Assembly: GCA_043228905.1 (NCBI GenBank)
Contig: JBHGNT010000021.1
Span: forward strand, 1 to 64,000
Length of the DNA: 64,000 nucleotides
Reading direction: 5' to 3'
Origin: Azolla caroliniana
Taxonomy: Eukaryota > Plantae > Polypodiophyta
Shown: piece by piece, positions 27,801 to 42,700 of the stretch
How positions within the stretch are numbered: position 1 is the first letter of the stretch
Layout: each line of letters begins with the position of its first letter
The notes under the pieces: model-generated
Told to the model about the DNA's origin: nothing
What the model saw: the letters and a program-made list of their open reading frames with translations, nothing else
Database searches by the model: none
Translations under genes and position numbers: made by a program

Positions 27801-29775
27801 AATTTACTCAAGGGCCCCTCTCAACTCCCTCCTCAAATTTGGTAATTTCGTCATGTCTCTCGACCTGAGTTTCAAAATCTTGATTTTGTAATTCCATATC
27901 ATAGCTAGTGTTGTTAGCTTCGATTCGCATGTTTGAACACAAATATCCGATATCACACGAACCAGGTATGAACATTGTAATTTACCTACTAGCTCTTCTC
28001 AAGTCCCTCCTCAAATTTGGAAATTTCGTCATGTCTCTCGACCTGAGTTTCAAAATCTTGATATTTTAATTCCATATCATAGCTAGCGTTGTTAGCTTCT
28101 ATTCGCATGTTTGAACACAAAAATCCGATATCACACTCGCTAGGTATGACCATTTTAATTTACTCAAGGGCTCCTCTCAACTCACTCCTCAAATTTGCTA
28201 ATTTCGTCATGTCTCTCGACCTTAGTTTCAAAATCTTGATTTTTTAATTCCATATCATAGCTAGCGTTGTTAGCTTCGATTCGCATGTTTGAACAAAAAA
28301 TTCCGATATCACACGAGCTAGGTATGAACATTTTTATTTACTCAAGGGCTCCTCTCAACGCCCTTGTCAAGGTTGCTAATTTCGTCATGTCTCTCGACCT
28401 GAGTTTCAAAATCTTGATTTTTTAATTCCATATCATAGCTAGCGTTGTTAGCTTCGATTCGCATGTTTGAAGACAAAAATCCAATATCACGGTCGCTAGG
28501 TATGAACATTTTAATTTACTCAAGGGCTCCTCTCAACTCCCTCGTCAAGGTTGCTAATTTCGTCATGTCTCTCGACATGAGTTTCAAAATCTTGATTTTT
28601 TAATTCCATATCATAGCTAGCGTTGTTAGCTTCGTTTCGCATGTTTGACCACAAAAATCCGATATCACGCTCGCTAGGTATGAACATTTTAATTTACTCA
28701 AGGGCTCCTCTCAACTCACTCCTCATATTTGCTAATTACGTCATGCCTCTCGACCTGATTTTCAAAATCTTGATTTTTTAATTCCATATCATAGCTAGCG
28801 TTGTTAGCTTCAATTCGCATGTTTGAACACAAAAATCCGATATCACACGAGCCAGGTATGAACATTTTAATTCACTCACGCGCTCTTCCAACCTCACTCC
28901 TCAAATTTGGTAATTTCGTCATGTCTCTCGACTGGAGTTTCAAAATCTTGATTTTGTAATTCCATATCATAGCTAGCGTTGTTAGCTTCGATTCGCATGT
29001 TTGAACACAAAAATCCGATATCACACGAACCAGGTATGAACATTGTAATTTACCTACTAGCTCTTCTCAACTCCCTCCTCAAATTTGGAAATTTCGTCAT
29101 GTCTCTCGACCTGAGTTTCAAAATCTTGATTTTATAATTCCATATCATAGCGCTTCGATTCGCATGTTTCTACACGAAATTCCGATATCACACTCGCTAG
29201 GTATGAACATTTTAATTTACTCAAGGGCTCCTCTCAACTCACTCCTCAAATTTGCTAATTTCGTCATGTCTCTCGACCTGAGTTTCAAAATCTTGCTTTT
29301 TTAATTCCATATCATAGCTAGCGTTGTTAGGTTCGATTCGCATGTTTGAACACAAAAATCCGATATCACACTCGCTAGGTATGAACATTTTAATTTACTC
29401 AAGGGCCCCTCTCAACTCCCTCCTCAAATTTGGTAATTTCGTCATGTCTCTCGACCTCAGTTTCAAAATCTTGATTTTTTAATTCCATATCATAGCTAGC
29501 GTTGTTAGCTTCGATTCGCATGTTTGTACACAAAAATCCGATATCACACTCGCTAGGTATGACCATTTTAATTTACTCAAGGGCTCCTCTCAACTCACTC
29601 CTCAAATTTGGTAATTTCGTCATGTGTCTCGACCTGTGTTTCAAAATCTTGATTTTTTAATTCCATATCATAGCACTTCGATTCGCATGTTTGTTCACGA
29701 AATTCCGATATCACACTCGCTAGGTATGAACATTTTAATTTACTCAAGGGCTCCTCTCAACTCACTCCTCAAATT
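24900..29775 (+). repeat. Block duplicated at a 20-monomer offset (3538 bp), marked by pairs of 11-bp-deleted monomers
   Basis: AGCGCTTCG lies at 25611/29149 and AGCACTTCG at 26134/29672. ORFs 26086/29624 are offset by 3538 (20x178-22). Downstream the register shifts to 2648 (ORFs 27448/30096). Confidence 0.82.
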
Positions 29776-31749
29776 TACTAATTTCGTCATGTCTCTCGAC
29801 CTTAGTTTCAAAATCTTGATTTTTTAATTCCATATCATAGCTAGCGTTGTTAGCTTCAATTCGCATGTTTGAACACAAAAATCCGATATCATACGAGCCA
29901 GGTATGAACATTTTAATTCACTCACGCGCTCTTCCAACCTCACTCCTCAAATTTGGTAATTTCGTCATGTCTCTCGACTGGAGTTTCAAAATCTTGATTT
30001 TGTAATTCCATATCATAGCTAGCGTTGTTAGCTTCGATTCGCATGTTTGAACACAAAAATCCGATATCACACGAACCAGGTATGAACATTGTAATTTACC
30101 TACTAGCTCTTCTCAACTCCCTCCTCAAATTTGGAAATTTCGTCATGTCTCTCGACCTGAGTTTCAAAATCTTGATTTTATAATTCCATATCATAGCTAG
30201 CGTTGTTAGCTTCGATTCGCATGTTTGTACACGAAATTCGGATATCACACTCGCTAGGTATGAACATTTTAATTTACTCAAGGGCTCCTCTCAACTCACT
30301 CCTCAAATTTGCTAATTTCGTCATGTCTCTCGACCTGAGTTTCAAAATCTTGATTTTTTAATTCCATATCATAGCTAGCGTTGTTAGGTTCGATTTGCAT
30401 GTTTGAACAACAAAATCCGATATCACACTCGCTAGGTATGAACATTTTAATTTACTCAAGGGCCCCTCTCAACCCCCTCCTCAAATTTGGTAATTTCGTC
30501 ATGTCTCTCGACCTGAGTTTCAAAATCTTGATTTTGTAATTCCATATCATAGCTAGCGTTGTTAGCTTCGATTCGCATGTTTGAACACAAATATCCGATA
30601 TCACACGAACCAGGTATGAACATTGTAATTTACCTACTAGCTCTTCTCAAGTCCCTCCTCAAATTTGGAAATTTCGTCATGTCTCTCGACCTGAGTTTCA
30701 AAATCTTATTTTTTTAATTCCATATCATAGCTAGCGTTGTTAGCTTCGATTCGCATGTTTGTACACAGAAATCCGATATCACAAGAACCAGGTATGAACA
30801 TTGTAATTTACCTACTAGCTCTTCTCAACTCCCTCCTCAAATTTGGAAATTTCGTCATGTCTCTCGACCTGAGTCTCAAAATGTTGATATTTTAATTCCA
30901 TATCATAGCTAGCGTTGTTAGCTTCGATTCGCATGTTTGTACACAAAAATCCGATATCACACTCGCTAGGTATGACCATTTTAATTTACTCAAGGGCTCC
31001 TCTCAACTCACTCCTCAAATTTGCTAATTTCGTCATGTCTCTCGACCTTAGTTTCAAAATCTTGATTTTTTAATTCCATATCATAGCTAGCGTTGTTAGC
31101 TTCGATTCGCATGTTTGAACACAAAAATCCGATATCACACGAGCTAGGTATGTACATTTTTATTTACTCAAGGGCTCCTCTCAACTCCCTTGTCAAGGTT
31201 GCTAATTTCGTCATGTCTCTCGACCTCAGTTTCAAAATCTTGATTTTTTAATTCCATATCATAGCTAGCGTTGTTAGCTTCGATTCGCATGTTTGAACAC
31301 AAAAATCCGATATCACGGTCGCTAGGTATGAACATTTTAATTTACTCAAGGGCTCCTCTCAACTCACTCCTCAAATTTGCTGATTTCGTAATGCCTCTCG
31401 ACCTGATTTTCAAAATCTTGATTTTTTATTTCCATATCAATGCTAGTGTTGTTAGCTTCGATTCGCATGTTTGAACACAAAAATCCGATATCACACGAGC
31501 TAGGTATGAACATTTTTATTTACTCAAGGGCTCCTCTCAACTCCCTCGTCAAGGTTGCTAATTTCGTCATGTCTCTCGACCTGAGTTTCAAAATCTTGAT
31601 TTTTTAATTCCATATCATAGCTAGCGTTGTTAGCTTCGTTTCGCATGTTTGAACACAAAAATCCGATATCACGCTCGCTAGGTATGAACATTTTAATTTA
31701 CTCAAGGGCTCCTCTCAACTCACTCCTCATATTTGCTAATTTCGTCATG

Positions 31750-34700
31750 CCTCTCGACCTGATTTTTAAAATCTTGATTTTTTAATTCCATATCATAGCT
31801 AGCGTTGTTAGCTTCAATTCGCATGTTTGAACACAAAACTCCGATATCACACGCGCCAGGTATGAACATTTTAATTCACTCACGCGCTCTTCCAACCTCA
31901 CTCCTCAAATTTGGTAATATCGTCATGTCTCTCGACTGGAGTTTCAAAATCTTGATTTTGTAATTCCATATCATAACTAGCGTTGTTAGCTTCGATTCGC
32001 ATGTTTGAACACAAAAATCCGATATCACACGAACCAGGTATGAACATTGTAATTTACCTACTGCTCTTCTCAACTCCCTCCTCAAATTTGGAAATTTCGT
32101 CATGTCTCTCGACCTGAGTTTCAAAATCTTGATTTTTTAATTCCATATCATAGCTAGCGTTGTTAGCTTCGATTCGCATGTTTGTACACGAAATTCGGAT
32201 ATCACACTCGCTAGGTATGAACATTTTAATTTACTCAAGGGCTCCTCTCAACTCACTCCTCAAATTTGCTAATTTCGTCATGTCTCTCGACCTGAGTTTC
32301 AAAATCTTGATTTTTTAATTCCATATCATAGCTAGCGTTGTTAGGTTCGATTTGCATGTTTGAACAACAAAATCCGATATCACACTCGCTAGGTATGAAC
32401 ATTTTAATTTACTCAAGGGCCCCTCTCAACTCCCTCCTCAAATTTGGTAATTTCGTCATGTCTCTCGACCTGAGTTTCAAAATCTTGATTTTGTAATTCC
32501 ATATCATAGCTAGCGTTGTTAGCTTCGATTCGCATGTTTGAACACAAATATCCGATATCACACGAACCAGGTATGAACATTGTAATTTACCTACTAGCTC
32601 TTCTCAAGTCCCTCCTCAAATTTGGAAATTTCGTCATGTCTCTCGACCTGAGTTTCAAAATCTTGATTTTATAATTCCATATCATAGCTAGCGTTGTTAG
32701 CTTCGATTCGCATGTTTGTACACAGAAATCCGATATCACAAGAACCAGGTATGAACATTGTAATTTACCTACTAGCTCTTCTCAACTCCCTCCTCAAATT
32801 TGGAAATTTCGTCATGTCTCTCGACCTGAGTTTCAAAATCTTGATATTTTAATTCCATATCATAGCTAGCGTTGTTAGCTTCGATTCGCATGTTTGTACA
32901 CAAAAATCCGATATCACACTCGCTAGGTATGACCATTTTAATTTACTCAAGGGCTCCTCTCAACTCACTCCTCAAATTTGCTAATTTCGTCATGTCTCTC
33001 GACCTTAGTTTCAAAATCTTGATTTTTTAATTCCATATCATAGCTAGCGTTGTTAGCTTCGATTCGCATGTTTGAACACAAAAATCCGATATCACACGAG
33101 CTAGGTATGTACATTTTTATTTACTCAAGGGCTCCTCTCAACTCCCTTGTCAAGGTTGCTAATTTCGTCATGTCTCTCGACCTCAGTTTCAAAATCTTGC
33201 TTTTTTAATTCTAGATCATAGCTAGCGTTGTTAGGTTTGATTCGCATGTTTGAACACAAAATTCCGATACCACACTCGCTACGTATGAATATTTTAATTT
33301 ACTCAAGGGCCCCTCTCAACTCCCTCCTCAAATTTGGTAATTTCGTCATGTCTCTTGACCTTAGTTTCAAAATCTTGATTTTTTAATTCCATATCATAGC
33401 TAGCGTTGTTAGCTTCGATTCGCATGTTTGTACACAAAAATCCGATATCACACTCGCTATTTATGAACATTTTAATTTACTCAAGGGCTCCTCTCAACTC
33501 ACTCCTCAAATTTGGTAATTTCGTCATGTCTCTCGACCTGAGTTGCAAAATTTTAATTTTTTAATTCTATATCATAGCTAACGTTGTTAGCTTCGATTCG
33601 CATGTTTGAACACAAAAATCCGATATCACACGAGCCAGGTATGAACATTGTAATTTACCTAATAGCTCTTCTTAACTCCCTCTTCAAATTTGGTAATTTC
33701 GTCATGTCTCTCGACCTGAGTTTCATAATCTTGATTTTTTAATTCCATATCATAGCTAGCGTTGTTAGCTTCGATTCGCATGTTTGTACACAAAAATCCG
33801 ATATCACACTCGCTAGGTATGACCATTTTAATTTACTCAAGGGCTCCTCTCAACTCACTCCTCAAATTTGCTAATTTCGTCATGTCTCTCGACCTGAGTT
33901 TCAAAATCTTGATTTTTTAATTCCATATCATAGCTAGCGTTGTTAGCTTCGATTCGCATGTTTGTACACAAAGATCCGATATCACACTCGCTAGGTATGA
34001 CCATTTTAATTTACTCAAGGGCTCCTCTCAACTCACTCCTCAAATTTGCTAATTCCGTCATGACTCTCGACCTGAGTTTCAAAATCTTGCTTTTTTAATT
34101 CTAGATCATAGCTAGCGTTGTTAGGTTTGATTCGAATGTTTGAACACAAAATTCCGATATCACACTCGCTAGCTATGAACATTTTAATTTACTCAAGGGC
34201 CCCTCTCAACTCCCTCCTCAAATTTGGTAATTTCGTCATGTCTCTCGACCTTAGCTTCAAAATCTTGATTTTTTAATTCCATATCATAGCTAGCGTTGTT
34301 AGCTTCGATTCGCATGTTTGTACACAAAAATCCGATATCACACTCGCTATGTATGAACATTTTAATTTACTCAAGGGCTCCTCTCAACTCACTCCTCTAA
34401 TTTGGTAATTTCGTCATGTCTCTCGACCTGAGTTGCAAAATCTTGATTTTTTAATTCTATATCATAGCTAGCGTTGTTAGCTTCGATTCGCATGTTTGAA
34501 CACAAAAATCCGATATCACACCAGCCAGGTATGAACATTGTAATTTACCTAATAGCTCTTCCAACCTCACTCCTCACGCGCGCTCCAACCTAACTCCTCA
34601 AATTTGGTAATTTCATCATGTCTCTCGACTGGAGTTTGAAAATCTTGATTTTGTAATTCCATATCATAGCTAGTGTTGTTAGCTTCGATTCGCATGTTTG

Positions 34701-37700
34701 AACACAAAAATCCGATATCACAAGAACCAGGTATGAACATTGTAATTTACCTACTAGCTCTTCTCAACTCCCTCCTCAAATTTGCTAATTTCGTCATGCC
34801 TCTCGACCTGATTTTCAAAATCTTGATTTTTTAATTCCATATCATAGCTAGCGTTGTTAGCTTCGATTCGCATTTTTGTACACAAAATTCCGATATCACA
34901 CTCGCTAGGTATGAACATTTTAATTTACTCAAGGGCTCCTCTCAACTCACTCCTCAAATTTGCTAATTTCGTCATGTCTCTCGACCTGAGTTTCAAAATC
35001 TTGATTTTTCAATTCCATATCATAGCTAGCGTTTTTAGCTTCGATTCGCATGTTTGTACACAAAAATCCGATATCACACTCGCTAGGTATGACCATTTTA
35101 ATTTACTCAAGGGCTCCTCTCAACTCACTCCTCAAATTTTCTAATTTCGTCATGTCTCTCGACCTTAGTTTCAAAATCTTGATTTTTTAATTCCATATCA
35201 TAGCTAGCGTTGTTAGCTTCGATTCGCATGTTTGTACAAAAAAATCCGATATCACACTCGCTAGGTATGACCATTTTAATTTACTCAAGGGCTCCTCTCA
35301 ACTCACTCCTCAAATTTACTAATTTCGTCATGTCTCTCGACCTTAGTTTCAAAATCTTGATTTTTTAATTCCATATCATAGCTAGCGTTGTTAGCTTCAA
35401 TTCGCATGTTTGAACACAGAAATCCGATATCATACGAGCCAGGTATGAACATTTTAATTCACTCACGCGCTCTTCCAACCTCACTCCTCAAATTTGGTAA
35501 TTTCGTCATGTCTCTCGACTGGAGTTTCAAAATCTTGATTTTGTAATTCCATATCATAGCTAGCGTTGTTAGCTTCGATTCGCATGTTTGAACACAAAAA
35601 TCCGATATCACACGAACCAGGTATGAACATTGTAATTTACCTACTAGCTCTTCTCAACTCCCTCCTCAAATTTGGAAATTTCGTCATGTCTCTCGACCTG
35701 AGTTTCAAAATCTTGATTTTATAATTCCATATCATAGCTAGCGTTGTTAGCTTCGATTCGCATGTTTGTACACGAAATTCCGATATCACACTCGCTAGGT
35801 ATGAACATTTTAATTTACTCAAGGGCTCCTCTCAACTCACTCCTCAAATTTGCTAATTTCGTCATGTCTCTCGACCTGAGTTTCAAAATCTTGCTTTTTT
35901 AATTCCATATCATAGCTAGCGTTGTTAGGTTCGATTTGCATGTTTGAACAACAAAATCCGATATCACACTCGCTAGGTATGAACATTTTCATTTACTCAA
36001 GGGCCCCTCTCAATGCCCTCCTCAAATTTGGTAATTTCGTCATGTCTCTCGACCTGAGTTTCAAAATCTTGATTTTGTAATTCCATATCATAGCTAGCGT
36101 TGTTAGCTTCGATTCGCATGTTTGAACACAAATATCCGATATCACACGAACCAGGTATGAACATTGTAATTTACCTACTAGCTCTTCTCAACTCCCTCCT
36201 CAAATTTGGAAATTTCGTCATGTCTCTCGACCTGAGTTTCAAAATCTTGATTTTTTAATTCCATATCATAGCTAGCGTTGTTAGCTTCGATTCGCATGTT
36301 TGTACACAGAAATCCGATATCACAAGAACCAGGTATGAACATTGTAATTTACCTACTAGCTCTTCTTAACTCCCTCCTCAAATTTGGAAATTTCGTCATG
36401 TCTCGCGACCTGAGTTTCAAAATCTTGATTTTTTAATTCCATATCATAGCTAGCGTTGTTAGCTTCGATTCGCATGTTTGTACACAAAAATCCGATATCA
36501 CACTCGCTAGGTATGACCATTTTAATTTACTCAAGGGCTCCTCTCAACTCACTCCTCAAATTTTCTAATTTCGTCATGTCTCTCGACCTTAGTTTCAAAA
36601 TCTTGATTTTTTAATTCCATATCATAGCTAGCGTAGTTAGCTTCGATTCGCATGTTTGTACAAAAAAATCCGATATCACACTCGCTAGGTATGACCATTT
36701 TAATTTACTCAAGGGCTCCTCTCAACTCACTCCTCAAATTTACTAATTTCGTCATGCCTCTCGACCTGATTTTTAAAATCTTGATTTTTTAATTCCATAT
36801 CATAGCTAGCGTTGTTAGCTTCAATTCGCATGTTTGAACACAAAACTCCGATATCACACGCGCCAGGTATGAACATTTTAATTCACTCACGCGCTCTTCC
36901 AACCTCACTCCTCCAATTTGGTAATATCGTCATGTCTCTCGACTGGAGTTTCAAAATCTTGATTTTGTAATTCCATATCATAACTAGCGTTGTTAGCTTC
37001 GATTCGCATGTTTGAACACAAAAATCCGATATCACACGAACCAGGTATGAACATTGTAATTTACCTACTGCTCTTCTCAACTCCCTCCTCAAATTTGGAA
37101 ATTTCGTCATGTCTCTCGACCTGAGTTTCAAAATCTTGATTTTTTAATTCCATATCATAGCTAGCGTTGTTAGCTTCGATTCGCATGTTTGTACACGAAA
37201 TTCGGATATCACACTCGCTAGGTATGAACATTTTAATTTACTCAAGGGCTCCTCTCAACTCACTCCTCAAATTTGCTAATTTCGTCATGTCTCTCGACCT
37301 GAGTTTCAAAATCTTGATTTTTTAATTCCATATCATAGCTAGCGTTGTTAGGTTCGATTTGCATGTTTGAACAACAAAATCCGATATCACACTCGCTAGG
37401 TATGAACATTTTAATTTACTCAAGGGCCCCTCTCAACTCCCTCCTCAAATTTGGTAATTTCGTCATGTCTCTCGACCTGAGTTTCAAAATCTTGATTTTG
37501 TAATTCCATATCATAGCTAGCGTTGTTAGCTTCGATTCGCATGTTTGAACACAAATATCCGATATCACACGAACCAGGTATGAACATTGTAATTTACCTA
37601 CTAGCTCTTCTCAAGTCCCTCCTCAAATTTGGAAATTTCGTCATGTCTCTCGACCTGAGTTTCAAAATCTTATTTTTTTAATTCCATATCATAGCTAGCG

Positions 37701-38660
37701 TTGTTAGCTTCGATTCGCATGTTTGTACACAGAAATCCGATATCACAAGAACCAGGTATGAACATTGTAATTTACCTACTAGCTCTTCTCAACTCCCTCC
37801 TCAAATTTGGAAATTTCGTCATGTCTCTCGACCTGAGTTTCAAAATCTTGATATTTTAATTCCATATCATAGCTAGCGTTGTTAGCTTCGATTCGCATGT
37901 TTGTACACAAAAATCCGATATCACACTCGCTAGGTATGACCATTTTAATTTACTCAAGGGCTCCTCTCAACTCACTCCTCAAATTTGCTAATTTCGTCAT
38001 GTCTCTCGACCTTAGTTTCAAAATCTTGATTTTTTAATTCCATATCATAGCTAGCGTTGTTAGCTTCGATTCGCATGTTTGAACACAAAAATCCGATATC
38101 ACACGAGCTAGGTATGTACATTTTTATTTACTCAAGGGCTCCTCTCAACTCCCTTGTCAAGGTTGCTAATTTCGTCATGTCTCTCGACCTCAGTTTCAAA
38201 ATCTTGCTTTTTTAATTCTAGATCATAGCTAGCGTTGTTAGGTTTGATTCGCATGTTTGAACACAAAATTCCGATACCACACTCGCTACGTATGAATATT
38301 TTAATTTACTCAAGGGCCCCTCTCAACTCCCTCCTCAAATTTGGTAATTTCGTCATGTCTCTTGACCTTAGTTTCAAAATCTTGATTTTTTAATTCCATA
38401 TCATAGCTAGCGTTGTTAGCTTCGATTCGCATGTTTGTACACAAAAATCCGATATCACACTCGCTATTTATGAACATTTTAATTTACTCAAGGGCTCCTC
38501 TCAACTCACTCCTCAAATTTGGTAATTTCGTCATGTCTCTCGACCTGAGTTGCAAAATTTTAATTTTTTAATTCTATATCATAGCTAACGTTGTTAGCTT
38601 CGATTCGCATGTTTGAACACAAAAATCCGATATCACACGAGCCAGGTATGAACATTGTAA
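31750..38660 (+). repeat. Non-adjacent duplication of a ~1.9-kb block (about 31.75-33.66 kb repeated at 36.76-38.66 kb, offset 5007 bp)
   Basis: ORFs 31876/36883, TTCGGATATC 32194/37201 and GATACCAC 33266/38273 all give 5007 (28x178+24-1). Confidence 0.85.
34576..34599 (+). other. 24-bp templated insertion within a monomer
   Basis: Extra ACGCGCGCTCCAACCTAACTCCTC between ...CCTCACTCCTC and AAATTTGG. Confidence 0.85.
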
Positions 38661-39799
38661 TTTACTCAAGGGCCCCTCTCAACTCCCTCCTCAAATTTGG
38701 TAATTTCGTCATGTCTCTCGACCTGAGTTTCAAAATCTTGATTTTGTAATTCCATATCATAGCTAGCGTTGTTAGCTTCGATTCGCATGTTTGAACACAA
38801 ATATCCGATATCACACGAACCAGGTATGAACATTGTAATTTACCTACTAGCTCTTCTCAACTCCCTCCTCAAATTTGGAAATTTCGTCATGTCTCTCGAC
38901 CTGAGTTTCAAAATCTTGATTTTTTAATTCCATATCATAGCTAGCGTTGTTAGCTTCGATTCGCATGTTTGTACACAGAAATCCGATATCACAAGAACCA
39001 GGTATGAACATTGTAATTTACCTACTACCTCTTCTTAACTCCCTCCTCAAATTTGGAAATTTCGTCATGTCTCTCGACCTGAGTTTCAAAATCTTGATTT
39101 TTTAATTCTATATCATAGCTAGCGTTGTTAGCTTCGATTCGCATGTTTGTACACAAAAATCCGATATCACACTCGCTAGGTATGACCATTTTAATTTACT
39201 CAAGGGCTCCTCTCAACTCACTCCTCAAATTTGCTAATTCCGTCATGACTCTCGACCTGAGTTTCAAAATCTTGCTTTTTTAATTCTAGATCATAGCTAG
39301 CGTTGTTAGGTTTGATTCGCATGTTTGAACACAAAATTCCGATATCAGACTCGCTAGGTATGAACATTTGAATTTACTCAAGGGCCCCTCTCAACTCCCT
39401 CCTCAAATTTGGTAATTTCGTCATGTCTCTCGACCTTAGTTTCAAAATCTGATTTTTTAATTCCATATCATAGCTAGCGTTGTTAGCTTCGATTCGCATG
39501 TTTGAACACAAAAATCCGATATCACACGAGCCAGGTATGAACATTGTAATTTACCTACTAGCTCTTCTCAACTCCCTCCTCAAGGTTGCTAATTTCGTCA
39601 TGTCTCTCGACCTGAGTTTCAAAATCTTGATTTTTTAATTCCATATCATAGCTAGCGTTGTTAGCTTCGTTTCGCATGTTTGAACACAAAAATCCGATAT
39701 CACACTCGCTAGGTATGACCATTTTAATTTACTCAAGGGCTCCTCTCAACTCACTCCTCAAATTTACTAATTTCGTCATGTCTCTCGACCTGAGTTTCA

Positions 39800-42700
39800 A
39801 AATCTTGATTTTTTAATTCCATATCATAGCTAGCGTTGTTAGCTTCGATTCGCATGTTTGTACACAGAAATCCGATATCACAAGAACCAGGTATGAACAT
39901 TGTAATTTACCTACTAGCTCTTCTTAACTCCCTCCTCAAATTTGGAAATTTCGTCATGTCTCGCGACCTGAGTTTCAAAATCTTGATTTTTTAATTCCAT
40001 ATCATAGCTAGCGTTGTTAGCTTCGATTCGCATGTTTGTACACAAAAATCCGATATCACACTCGCTTGGTATGACCATTTTAATTTACTCAAGGGCTCCT
40101 CTCAACTCACTCCTCAAATTTGCTAATTCCGTCATGACTCTCGACCTGAGTTTCAAAATCTTGCTTTTTTAATTCTAGATCATAGCTAGCGTTGTTAGGT
40201 TTGATTCGCATGTTTGAACACAAAATTCCGATATCAGACTCGCTAGGTATGAACATTTGAATTTACTCAAGGGCTCCTCTCAACTCCCTCGTCATGGTTG
40301 CTAATTTCGTCATGTCTCTCGACCTGAGTTTCAAAATCTTGATTTTTTAATTCCATATCATAGCTAGCGTTGTTAGCTTCGTTTCGCATGTTTGAACACA
40401 AAAATCCGATATCACACTCGCTAGGTATGACCATTTTAATTTACTCAAGGGCTCCTCTCAACTCACTCCTCAAATTTACTAATTTCGTCATGTCTCTCGA
40501 CCTTAGTTTCAAAATCTTGATTTTTTAATTCCATATCATAGCTAGCGTTGTTAGCTTCAATTCGCATGTTTGAACACAAAAATCCGATATCACACGAGCC
40601 AGGTATGAACATTTTAATTCACTCACGCGCTCTTCCAACCTCACTCCTCAAATTTGGTAATTTCGTCATGTCTCTCGACTGGAGTTTCAAAATCTTGATT
40701 TTGTAATTCCATATCATAGCTAGCGTTGTTAGGTTCGATTTGCATGTTTGAACAACAAAATCCGATATCACACTCGCTAGGTATGAACATTTTCATTTAC
40801 TCAAGGGCCCCTCTCAACTCCCTCCTCAAATTTGGTAATTTCGTCATGTCTCTCGACCTGAGTTTCAAAATCTTGATTTTGTAATTCCATATCATAGCTA
40901 GCGTTGTTAGCTTCGATTCGCATGTTTGAACACAAATATCCGATATCACACGAACCAGGTATGAACATTGTAATTTACCTACTAGCTCTTCTCAACTCCC
41001 TCCTCAAATTTGGAAATTTCGTCATGTCTCTCGACCTGAGTTTCAAAATCTTGATTTTTTAATTCCATATCATAGCTAGCGTTGTTAGCTTCGATTCGCA
41101 TGTTTGTACACAGAAATCCGATATCACAAGAACCAGGTATGAACATTGTAATTTACCTACTAGCTCTTCTTAACTCCCTCCTCAAATTTGGAAATTTCGT
41201 CATGTCTCGCGACCTGAGTTTCAAAATCTTGATTTTTTAATTCCATATCATAGCTAGCGTTGTTAGCTTCGATTCGCATGTTTGTACACAAAAATCCGAT
41301 ATCACACTCGCTTGGTATGACCATTTTAATTTACTCAAGGGCTCCTCTCAACTCACTCCTAAAATTTGCTAATTCCGTCATGACTCTCGACCTGAGTTTC
41401 AAAATCTTGCTTTTTTAATTCTAGATCATAGCTAGCGTTGTTAGGTTTGATTCGCATGTTTGAACACAAAATTCCGATATCAGACTCGCTAGGTATGAAC
41501 ATTTGAATTTACTCAAGGGCTCCTCTCAACTCCCTCGTCATGGTTGCTAATTTCGTCATGTCTCTCGACCTGAGTTTCAAAATCTTGATTTTTTAATTCC
41601 ATATCATAGCTAGCGTTGTTAGCTTCGTTTCGCATGTTTGAACACAAAAATCCGATATCACACTCGCTAGGTATGACCATTTTAATTTACTCAAGGGCTC
41701 CTCTCAACTCACTCCTCAAATTTACTAATTTCGTCATGTCTCTCGACCTTAGTTTCAAAATCTTGATTTTTTAATTCCATATCATAGCTAGCGTTGTTAG
41801 CTTCAATTCGCATGTTTGAACACAAAAATCCGATATCACACGAGCCAGGTATGAACATTTTAATTCACTCACGCGCTCTTCCAACCTCACTCCTCAAATT
41901 TGGTAATTTCGTCATGTCTCTCGACTGGAGTTTCAAAATCTTGATTTTGTAATTCCATATCATAGCTAGCGTTGTTAGCTTCGATTCGCATGTTTGAAGA
42001 CAAAAATCCGATATCACACTCGCTAGGTATGAACATTTTAATTTACTCAAGGGCCCCTCTCAACTCCCTCCTCAAATTTGGTAATTTCGTCATGTCTCTC
42101 GACCTGAGTTTCAAAATCTTGATTTTGTAATTCCATATCATAGCTAGCGTTGTTAGCTTCGATTCGCATGTTTGAACACAAATATCCGATATCACACGAA
42201 CCAGGTATGAACATTGTAATTTACCTACTAGCTCTTCTCAACTCCCTCCTCAAATTTGGAAATTTCGTCATGTCTCTCGACCTGAGTTTCAAAATCTTGA
42301 TTTTTTAATTCCATATCATAGCTAGCGTTGTTAGCTTCGATTCGCATGTTTGTACACAGAAATCCGATATCACAAGAACCAGGTATGAACATTGTAATGT
42401 ACCTACTAGCTCTTCTTAACTCCCTCCTCAAATTTGGAAATTTCGTCATGTCTCTCGACCTGAGTTTCAAAATCTTGATTTTTTAATTCTATATCATAGC
42501 TAGCGTTGTTAGCTTCGATTCGCATGTTTGTACACAAAAATCCGATATCACACTCGCTAGGTATGACCATTTTAATTTACTCAAGGGCTCCTCTCAACTC
42601 ACTCCTCAAATTTGCTAATTCCGTCATGACTCTCGACATGAGTTTCAAAATCTTGCTTTTTTAATTCTAGATCATAGCTAGCGTTGTTAGGTTTGATTCG

